Shown here: in pieces, positions 1-6,762 of the stretch
Numbering within the stretch: the stretch's first letter is position 1
Layout: each line of letters opens with the position of its first letter
Source of the DNA: Candidatus Fraserbacteria bacterium
GTDB taxonomy: Bacteria; Bipolaricaulota; Bipolaricaulia; RBG-16-55-9; DRXL01
Assembly (NCBI GenBank): GCA_947085185.1
Contig: CAMTVK010000003.1
Location: 964 to 64,963, forward strand
Direction of reading: 5' to 3'
DNA length: 64,000 bases
Notes under the pieces: model-generated
The model's database searches: none
Told to the model about the DNA's origin: nothing
What the model saw: only the letters and a program-made list of their open reading frames with translations
Translations under genes and position numbers: made by a program

Positions 1-479
1 AAGTCACGGCTTTGTTGAATCTCTCCTTCTGTGAGACCCTCGTCTCGCAAGGCCTGGATAAGCCGAGGGTCAAGATCGTTGTAGGTTTCTAATGCTAAAC
101 GAACTGTATAGGCCTCCAGCGCAGCCGTTAGCCCGATTGCGTTATAGTGATTGAAAACCCGTTCTAAGACCTTCCTAGTCCTTGAGATAGCTGAGTATCG
201 ATCTCCATCTCGCTTATAGTCGTCCCTTATCTTCTTTATGGCTTTTGTAGCTTCTCTTGACAACTTCTTATCAACTTTTGCAAAGGCGTTAGCCACTTGT
301 TGTTCTTTTGCTAAAAGAGTAAGCCGCTTAGCACTATTTGAACTCCTTGCCACTCTATCAACTAGCATACACCCTGTGAGGGTCCCCACCGCGATTGCCC
401 CCATACCAACTCCGAACACTCTCAAAACATACCTCCGACTGAACCGAATTGTAACCGACTTCTCCGGTTTCTGCAACAT
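1..479 (-). CDS. Partial (C-terminus beyond window) hypothetical membrane-anchored protein; N-terminal TM helix (VFGVGMGAIAVGTLTGCMLV)
   Basis: Manual translation of minus strand frame from ATG (plus 477-479) shows no stop down to position 1; AGGTGA-like RBS upstream; not in ORF track because no stop inside window; AT-rich (~45% GC). Confidence 0.45.
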   Translation of the reverse strand, partial: MLQKPEKSVTIRFSRRYVLRVFGVGMGAIAVGTLTGCMLVDRVARSSNSAKRLTLLAKEQQVANAFAKVDKKLSREATKAIKKIRDDYKRDGDRYSAISRTRKVLERVFNHYNAIGLTAALEAYTVRLALETYNDLDPRLIQALRDEGLTEGEIQQSRD

Positions 480-551
480 TGGCGCTCACCTCTAAGTTCA
501 CAGTGTAGTTGCTATCACCCCCCTTGTCTATAAAGTAGTTTACACTCATGG

Positions 552-567
552 TGTAAATCACTTTACA
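552..567 (-). promoter_or_regulatory. CRP/FNR(NtcA)-type palindrome TGTAAATCACTTTACA (5-6-5), centred ~41 bp upstream of predicted TSS (-10 TATAGA at 527-532 minus)
   Basis: Perfect inverted repeat GTGTAAA-tcac-TTTACAC seen in sequence immediately downstream of Crp-family gene stop and upstream of minus-strand gene starting at 479; third half-site GTTTACAC at 538-545. Confidence 0.4.
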
Positions 568-575
568 CATCTCGG

Positions 576-1331
576 CTACACCGCTCCAGAACGAGAAAAT
601 TGCTCGATGCTTAGCGGGGGGGGGGCAAACTCCCGTAACTTCCCCTCATTGAGAATTACCAGCTCGCCCCGCCGATAGGCAATCAGCCCACGCTCCTGTA
701 ACACGCCCAGCTGCCGACACACCCATACCCGTGTGTTCCCTACCATATCAGCAAGCTTCTGTTCTGTCAGCGCTAAGTCGATCACAAGGCCTCGCTCACT
801 CTTGTAACCGTACTTCTCTCCCAACTCCATGAGCAGCTTCACCAACTTTTCACGTGTCCCAAGATAGGCTAGCTCAGCCAGGCGCACCCGCAGGGCTCCT
901 ATCTCATCAGTCAATCTCTTCTGCAGTGCGAGCGCAAGAGCCGGGAAATGCTTCATCAACCCCCGAAAGTCTTCGGAGCTCAGCCACCCTACCAAAGAAT
1001 CAGCCAACGCCTGCGCGGAGACGGTACTCGCACTCGCTTGTATAAAGCCTTCTTCTCCAAAGCAGTCGCCATCTTTAAGCAGTTTCACAACTTGCTTATA
1101 ACCACTTTTATTAAGATGTATTAATTGAGCTTTACCATAGCAAAGCATCCAGAGGCCGGAGATTATATCCCCTTGTGAAAAAATCATCTCACCATCATTG
1201 TACATTCTTGTGCGGATGAGAGAACAGAGCTGTGATCGTTCTTCTATGGAAAGAGAGGTGAAAAGGTCAATCTTGAGATCATCACACTTGATACGGGTTT
1301 TAACAGATATCTTTGGTAATCTGACTATCAT
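576..1331 (-). CDS. Crp/Fnr family transcriptional regulator (cNMP-binding domain + C-terminal HTH)
   Basis: Domain pattern cNMP-binding beta-roll then HTH (…RQLGVLQERGLIAYRRGELVI…); start at ATG 1331 with AGGGAG RBS (ORF-track start 1373 is TTG). Confidence 0.85.
   Translation of the reverse strand: MIVRLPKISVKTRIKCDDLKIDLFTSLSIEERSQLCSLIRTRMYNDGEMIFSQGDIISGLWMLCYGKAQLIHLNKSGYKQVVKLLKDGDCFGEEGFIQASASTVSAQALADSLVGWLSSEDFRGLMKHFPALALALQKRLTDEIGALRVRLAELAYLGTREKLVKLLMELGEKYGYKSERGLVIDLALTEQKLADMVGNTRVWVCRQLGVLQERGLIAYRRGELVILNEGKLREFAPPPLSIEQFSRSGAV
616..625. repeat. G10 homopolymer (C10 on coding strand, encodes PPP near C-terminus of Crp-family regulator)
   Basis: Seen directly: ttagc-GGGGGGGGGG-caaac. 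Confidence 0.9.
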
Positions 1332-1369
1332 ATTGAACTCCCTATATTGTAGCAAAGGCAGCCCGCATA

Positions 1370-2095
1370 TCAAATGGCCTGCTGGCTAAGGTCAAGAGCG
1401 ATCTCCCGGAGCGTGCGAGCAAATTCAGTCTGTAAGAAGCTCTTGGGATCGCCCAGGGCGCCCTCAAGCCCCTCATCATAGGGCAGCTCCCCCAAAAAGC
1501 GCACGCCAGAGAAACGTTGTGCTCTGTCACTGGGGCGCCCCATATTCTCGATGACTCCCAGTATGGGCACGCCCAGCTCTTTGAGTAATATCACGAGCTT
1601 GCTCACCGTCTCTTGGGCGATGCGCGACGGCGTCGTCACGATCAGAAATCTCGGTCTCTGCAAGAATCGAATCGCGTCGAGCGTCGTGTCCCCCAACCCC
1701 GGCGGCATGTCCACAATCAAAAAATCTAAATCCCCCCAGCGCGTGATCGCTAATAATTCGATGAGCGCATTGGTCACATCCGGCCCGCGCAGCGGCGCCG
1801 GGCGCTCTCGCGTGTAATAGACGAGCGATATAAACTCGATGCCGTGTACGTTCGGCGGGACGATCCCGCGCTCTTCTGTGGGGTGAATCTCTTCAGGGCC
1901 TCCCAAAATAATATGCGTCGAAGGGCCGTAGAAGTCTAAATCTAAAAGCCCCACTCTGTAGCCGATCTCCGAGAGCACAAGTGCCAGCCCTGTCGCTACG
2001 GTGCTCTTGCCCACCCCGCCTTTGCCCGCCGCCACAGCAATAATTTTTTTGATGCTCTTCAGTCTCTCTCCAATAATGGCAACGCGCGGGTCCAT
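1370..2095 (-). CDS. Mrp/MinD-family P-loop ATPase, cysteine-free; probable archaeal-type HypB-like hydrogenase nickel-insertion ATPase
   Basis: Walker A AAGKGGVGKST, Mrp-type DLDFYGPS motif; protein has no Cys (so no CxxC Fe-S carrier site); adjacent (1 nt gap) to hypA. Confidence 0.8.
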   Translation of the reverse strand: MDPRVAIIGERLKSIKKIIAVAAGKGGVGKSTVATGLALVLSEIGYRVGLLDLDFYGPSTHIILGGPEEIHPTEERGIVPPNVHGIEFISLVYYTRERPAPLRGPDVTNALIELLAITRWGDLDFLIVDMPPGLGDTTLDAIRFLQRPRFLIVTTPSRIAQETVSKLVILLKELGVPILGVIENMGRPSDRAQRFSGVRFLGELPYDEGLEGALGDPKSFLQTEFARTLREIALDLSQQAI

Positions 2096-2096
2096 C

Positions 2097-2501
2097 TCAT
2101 TCCTCTCCCTTCAGGGAAGCCAGCCAGACCCCTCGCCCCGCAATGACTTCAAAATCTGGGCTGTGACAGCGCGGACAGCGAATGTACGCGTGCGCGACCT
2201 CCGGGATGAAGTGAATCGCCTCGGCGATCTCTGCGCTGAGATCTTGTTCTTCAAAAGCCCATTCAGAGCCGCACGCGCGACAGCGAAACTGCGCACGCTC
2301 GAGCTCCACATGAACGTGCGCGTGGCGCAGGAGGGGCTCTTCTTTCACGAGCTGCTCCAGCGCAAACTCGAAGATCTCCCGCTCAATCTGCTGGAGCTCG
2401 CCGAGCTTGATGGTGATCCCTGTGACTTCTTGGAGATGTCCCTCGTGCGCGGCTTTCTTGGCTGTGGCGACGACAGCTTCCGCAAGAGCCCATTCGTGCA
2501 T
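2097..2501 (-). CDS. hypA: Hydrogenase nickel incorporation protein HypA
   Basis: MHEWALAE N-terminus (MHE Ni-binding motif), CxxC…CxxC zinc finger (CRACG…CPRC). Confidence 0.85.
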   Translation of the reverse strand: MHEWALAEAVVATAKKAAHEGHLQEVTGITIKLGELQQIEREIFEFALEQLVKEEPLLRHAHVHVELERAQFRCRACGSEWAFEEQDLSAEIAEAIHFIPEVAHAYIRCPRCHSPDFEVIAGRGVWLASLKGEE

Positions 2502-2517
2502 AGTGTTAGTATACCAG

Positions 2518-2547
2518 TTGACAGTGCCCTCGTCGAATCTTTAAGAT
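2518..2547 (+). promoter_or_regulatory. Sigma70-like promoter TTGACA-N18-TAAGAT; start codon ~7 nt after -10 (leaderless)
   Basis: Consensus -35 seen at 2518-2523, -10 at 2542-2547, ATG of downstream ORF at 2555. Confidence 0.4.
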
Positions 2548-2554
2548 TTTTTGT

Positions 2555-2797
2555 ATGCTGAAAGCTTATGTGTTGTTAAAGTTCCATAAAGACCCAAGTC
2601 GGGCCTTCCCTCTTCAAGAGATCCTCAAAGAGCTGGAGCTCATCCAAGGGGTAAGGGAGGCGCACGCGCTCTTTGGGGACATAGACGGGATCGCACTGGT
2701 CGAAGCGCAGAACCCTAAATTATTAACGGCGATTGTGCAGCAGATCAGCAGTGTTCCTGGGATCGAGCGCACCGACACGAGGATCGTGGTGCCATAA
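2555..2797 (+). CDS. Small Lrp/AsnC-type ligand-binding (RAM) domain protein
   Basis: 80 aa; pattern resembles AsnC C-terminal domain (…HALFGDIDGIALVEA…); divergent from hypA. Confidence 0.55.
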   Translation: MLKAYVLLKFHKDPSRAFPLQEILKELELIQGVREAHALFGDIDGIALVEAQNPKLLTAIVQQISSVPGIERTDTRIVVP

Positions 2798-2807
2798 GGT
2801 TTCCAAG

Positions 2808-3257
2808 TCATGGGGCGACTTGGCGCTCGACTTGCCGGATGAGCCTGCCTAGGGCTTGGGCGACTGCGGGGCTAAGCTGCCCCCCAACGGTGTGGGGGTC
2901 TTCGACTTCGATCGCGAAGATTTTTATCTCTTTGGGGAAATTTAAGGTGAGCGCTTGGGCCGTGGCGATCAGCTCTGGTAGGCCTGCGTAATGGGGGGAC
3001 GGCGCTGCTACTGCGCCCAGATCAGCGGGACTCAGTTCATAGATCGTCCCTGGAGGAGTCTGTCCGGTCTTCACAGCGTCAATGATGATCGCTCGATCGT
3101 AGCCAACCAAAAGATCGAGCAAGGCCATTCCTGACAGAGAGCTTTCGACGACGTCGGCTTGATCTTTTAGTCTCTCTTTAAGGACGCGGGCGGCCAAAAT
3201 CCCCACAGCGTCGTCGCCGAGCAGTTCATTGCCCAGGCCAAGGATGAGCGTCTTCAC
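2808..3257 (-). CDS. [NiFe] hydrogenase maturation endopeptidase (HycI/FrhD/HyaD family)
   Basis: N-terminal LILGLGNELLGDDAVG motif and size 149 aa. Confidence 0.85.
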   Translation of the reverse strand: MKTLILGLGNELLGDDAVGILAARVLKERLKDQADVVESSLSGMALLDLLVGYDRAIIIDAVKTGQTPPGTIYELSPADLGAVAAPSPHYAGLPELIATAQALTLNFPKEIKIFAIEVEDPHTVGGQLSPAVAQALGRLIRQVERQVAP

Positions 3258-3264
3258 TGATCAC

Positions 3265-3732
3265 TTATGCTTTCATTTGCTCCGTCAGATAATTCTGAAT
3301 CCCGATCTGTTTGATCTGGCCGAGCTGCACTTCGAGCCAGTCTACGTGGTCTTCCTCGTCAGATAAAATAGACTCTAACAGCACCTTCGTCCCGTTATCC
3401 CCAACTTCGACGGCAAGCTCGGTGCCCTCATTATACGCTTTGACGGCCATATACTCGTGAGTGAGATCGTTCTCAAACTGTGCTTTCACGTCTGAACCGA
3501 TCTTGATCTCGTTGAGCTTGACGACGGGTATCCCCTCGAGAAAGAGAATGCGTTCGATCAGTTTCTCGGCGTGCTTCATCTCAGTGATGGCGTGCTTTTC
3601 AATCGCTTCATGGAGGCGCTCATAGCCCCAGTTGGCGCACATCTCTGCGTGTACTATATATTGATTGATCGCGGTCAACTCGTCTGCAAGCAACGCGTTT
3701 AAGCGCTCGATGATCTTCTTGTTCCCTTTCAT
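3265..3732 (-). CDS. bfr: Bacterioferritin (Bfr)
   Basis: MKGNKKIIERLNALLADELTAINQY…EMKHA…EEDH ferritin-like diiron motifs; internal ATG at 3732 with GGAGG RBS preferred over ORF-track start 3798. Confidence 0.85.
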   Translation of the reverse strand: MKGNKKIIERLNALLADELTAINQYIVHAEMCANWGYERLHEAIEKHAITEMKHAEKLIERILFLEGIPVVKLNEIKIGSDVKAQFENDLTHEYMAVKAYNEGTELAVEVGDNGTKVLLESILSDEEDHVDWLEVQLGQIKQIGIQNYLTEQMKA

Positions 3733-3761
3733 AGTTCCTCCATTGGCTTTCTTATGCAGTA

Positions 3762-3790
3762 AGTATAAGGCAAGCCCCCCTCTGTGACAA
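3762..3790 (-). promoter_or_regulatory. Candidate bfr promoter TTGTCA-N17-TATACT
   Basis: Hexamers seen on minus strand upstream of bfr RBS; imperfect palindrome CTTATGCAGTAAGTATAAG overlaps -10. Confidence 0.35.
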
Positions 3791-3824
3791 CCGTGCACCT
3801 GGGGAGCTTGCGACCTTGGCAGCT

Positions 3825-5288
3825 TCAGTCGCGTTGGATCTCACGCACAAGATTTCTGTGGCTATCGTACACCCGCACCAGTAAGGGCATCTGCCCTGGC
3901 AGGGCATGGGTCGCGCAGCCATGACAGGGATCGTACGCTCTGAAAGCGATCTCAACGAGATTGAGAATCCCGTCGTCTACTTTGCCGTTCTTGATACAAG
4001 CGCGCGCGGCTTTGTCTACGGACATCGCAATTCGGGCGGCGTTGTTCTGGGTAGCGACGATGAGATTCGCTTTGGTAATCAGGCCCTTCGCGTCGGTCTG
4101 ATAGTGATGAATGAGCGTCCCTCTGGGGGCTTCGACCACGCCGATGCCTTCTTTTGGTGTTGCCGTGGGGATCGTGCGCACGGTGGGACTGGTGATCTCC
4201 GGGTCGGTCGCGAGTTCTTGCATGCGCTCGGCAGCGTAGAGCAATTCGATGAGCCGTGCCCAGTGGTTGGCGAGCGTGTGATGGACGGGTTTGCCGCCGA
4301 GAGTCTTATAGAATTCTTTATACGCTTCTTGGGCTTTGGGGGTGGCCATGCCCTCGGCGGCGTTGAGTCTCGCCAATGGCGCTACGCTGTAGACTCCGCT
4401 CTCCGGGCCGTCTACGAAGCCCTTCCAGCCCACGTCTTTTAAGTAACAGAACTTTATATAGCTCCAGGGCTCGACGTGTTCGGCGACATGCTTGAGATAC
4501 TCTTGCGCTTTGAACTTCAGAAATTCTTTGCCGTTGGGATCGACGACGCGCAGCTGCCCATCGTAAAAATTCACTCTGTTGTGCTCGTCCACCAGGCCCA
4601 TATAGTACGTCTTATGGGTGTACGTCTCGGACGTGATCGTCTCGACGTACTGTTTGTTTTTGAGGACGACGTCATTGAATATTTGCAAGCTGAACAGCCC
4701 GAACTTCACGGCGCGCTCTGCTCCGGCGACGAACTTCTCTTGGTCTTCTTGAGTAAGAGCTTTAGAGATGCCGCCAGGCAGCCCGAAGACCGGATGAATG
4801 ACTTTTCCGCCAGCAAGCGAGATCAAGTCTCTGAGCTGCTTGCGCACCCCGATCACTTCTCGTCCGATCTCCAGACCGACTTTGCCCAAGACTCCTAAGA
4901 TATTGCGCTCGGCTTTGGGAGCCGTCGGCCCGACGACAAAATCGGGCCCGCCCAAGAAGAAGAAGTGCAGCGCATGGTCTTCAACATAAAATGTGCTGTA
5001 GACCAATTCGCGGATCTTCTTGGCTGCCGAGGGCGGCTCGACTTTGTAGAGATCGTCTAGGGCTTTCGTAGAGGCCATGTGATGTGCCGTGGGGCAGACC
5101 CCGCAGATTCGTGAAGTAATCTGGGGCATATCCTCGGCAGGACGACCGACGGCGAATTTCTCAAAACCGCGCAGCTCCGGCACTTGGAAGAACGCCCTCT
5201 CGACGTTGCCCTTCGCATCTAAGAAGATATCTATCTTGCCGTGGCCCTCGAGTCGGGTGATCGGGTCGATGATAATTTCTCTCGTCAT
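3825..5288 (-). CDS. mvhA: [NiFe] hydrogenase large subunit, group 3 (MvhA-like)
   Basis: RLEGHG, RICGVC (N-terminal Ni-Fe ligands), C-terminal DPCHGCATH followed by 26-aa cleavable extension. Confidence 0.9.
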   Translation of the reverse strand: MTREIIIDPITRLEGHGKIDIFLDAKGNVERAFFQVPELRGFEKFAVGRPAEDMPQITSRICGVCPTAHHMASTKALDDLYKVEPPSAAKKIRELVYSTFYVEDHALHFFFLGGPDFVVGPTAPKAERNILGVLGKVGLEIGREVIGVRKQLRDLISLAGGKVIHPVFGLPGGISKALTQEDQEKFVAGAERAVKFGLFSLQIFNDVVLKNKQYVETITSETYTHKTYYMGLVDEHNRVNFYDGQLRVVDPNGKEFLKFKAQEYLKHVAEHVEPWSYIKFCYLKDVGWKGFVDGPESGVYSVAPLARLNAAEGMATPKAQEAYKEFYKTLGGKPVHHTLANHWARLIELLYAAERMQELATDPEITSPTVRTIPTATPKEGIGVVEAPRGTLIHHYQTDAKGLITKANLIVATQNNAARIAMSVDKAARACIKNGKVDDGILNLVEIAFRAYDPCHGCATHALPGQMPLLVRVYDSHRNLVREIQRD

Positions 5289-6280
5289 GCTTGAGCACCT
5301 CCTGTGCGACCGTGCCGCACGCGCCGATGCAAGAGCGACGCCGGCAGACTGTAGCGATAGAACGTCCCCACCGGATCAACGATCTGCTCCATCAGCGCTG
5401 CGATCTCTCTCTCATCTTCAGCGTCTATGAGCGAAGCGATCGCCGAGAGCGCTTTGGCGCCGTAGTCCCTCACGCGGCTTGTCGGGCCTAGACACCCGGT
5501 GCAGGGCATGTTGGCGCTCACACACGGAGCGCCGCAGCCGCTGCGCGTCGCCGGGCCCAGACACAAGAGCCCTTGCGCCAGTAAGCACTTTTCGGGATCT
5601 ATTAATATCTGATGCGGTCGTTTGAGCTCTTTCAGCGCGAGCTTGTCGGGTTTAGTAGCTTTGCGTGGGCACTCGTCACAAAGCGCCACATCGGGCGCAA
5701 GCACCGTGCCTTTGGGCGGCAGCTTATTCTCTAAAATAGCTGTCACAGCGTTGACGATGAGCTTCACCGGCGGCGGGCAGCCCGGTAGATAATAGTCAAC
5801 TTCGACCGTCTGACCCAGCGTTTTGACTGTATCTCGGAACGAGGGCAGCGTCAGGGTGTAGCCGTTGGAGCCGAGCTGTGTCTGCTCCTGCGGGACGACG
5901 CCCTCAGGGTTGGTCACGCTTGGCGCTTCTTTATAGACATAATCGAAGATCGCCTGGCGGTCCCATAGGTTCGCCAAGCCGGGCACACCCCCAAGATGCG
6001 AACAGCTTCCAAACGCGATCAGGAGCTGAGACTTCTTGCGTAAGAGCTCGGCCATCTCTTCTTGCTCTGAAGTCCGAATCGCCCCGTTGATAAAGCAGAC
6101 TGCCATCTCCCTGTCCTTGAAGTTCTCGACATCAGAGCGCTTAAAGTCAAGCGCCACCGGCCAAAAGACAATATCTACGGCCTCGGCGACTTTGAGAATA
6201 TCTTCGGCAAGATCGACGACGGCTTCCTCGCAGCCCCCACACGAGGCGCACCAGTAGAACCCAACTTTGGGCTTGCTCAT
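5285..6280 (-). CDS. mvhG: [NiFe] hydrogenase small subunit, group 3 (MvhG-like)
   Basis: N-terminal CASCGGC proximal cluster motif, further Cys clusters; ATGA overlap with mvhA. Confidence 0.85.
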   Translation of the reverse strand: MSKPKVGFYWCASCGGCEEAVVDLAEDILKVAEAVDIVFWPVALDFKRSDVENFKDREMAVCFINGAIRTSEQEEMAELLRKKSQLLIAFGSCSHLGGVPGLANLWDRQAIFDYVYKEAPSVTNPEGVVPQEQTQLGSNGYTLTLPSFRDTVKTLGQTVEVDYYLPGCPPPVKLIVNAVTAILENKLPPKGTVLAPDVALCDECPRKATKPDKLALKELKRPHQILIDPEKCLLAQGLLCLGPATRSGCGAPCVSANMPCTGCLGPTSRVRDYGAKALSAIASLIDAEDEREIAALMEQIVDPVGTFYRYSLPASLLHRRVRHGRTGGAQA

Positions 6281-6762
6281 CGTGCACCTCCTTGGCTTCC
6301 AATCTCAATGACTTCGCGCTCGTGCTCTTTTGCCCTGGCTGGACGGGGAGCCCTTTCGAGGCGCAACGGCCCAAGCTTCTGAATAGTTTCAGCCATCTCG
6401 TTCATGACTTTCTGGACGCGATCCCCTTCGGAAGCTGAGATCCATTCGAGCCTGAGGCGCTCCGGCTCGATCCCCAGCTCGCTGATCAGGCGCTTCAACA
6501 ACGTATATCGTCGCAGAGCTTTATAGTTGCCCGCCTGGTAGTGACAATCTCCCGGATGGCACCCGCCGATCAAGACCCCGTCGGCCCCATCGCGAAACGC
6601 CTTGAGCACAAACTGCGGGTCCATTCGGCCGGAGCACATCAACCGGACGATGCGCGCGTTGGGGGCATAAGTCATCCGTGAGATGCCCGCCAAATCTGCT
6701 GCGGTGTACGTGCACCACGTACAGAAGAATGCGACGATCCTGGGCTCCCATTCGCTAGACAT
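6277..6762 (-). CDS. mvhD: MvhD-like [2Fe-2S] hydrogenase delta subunit
   Basis: FFCTWCTY…CSGR…GGCHPGDCHY motif set. Confidence 0.85.
   Translation of the reverse strand: MSSEWEPRIVAFFCTWCTYTAADLAGISRMTYAPNARIVRLMCSGRMDPQFVLKAFRDGADGVLIGGCHPGDCHYQAGNYKALRRYTLLKRLISELGIEPERLRLEWISASEGDRVQKVMNEMAETIQKLGPLRLERAPRPARAKEHEREVIEIGSQGGAR

Noticed and set aside
238-570. ORF-track ORFs 238-495 (+) and 358-570 (-)
   Set aside because: Both are overlapped by a longer open minus-strand frame (1-479) with an RBS and a TM helix that runs off the window. Their composition is unconvincing.
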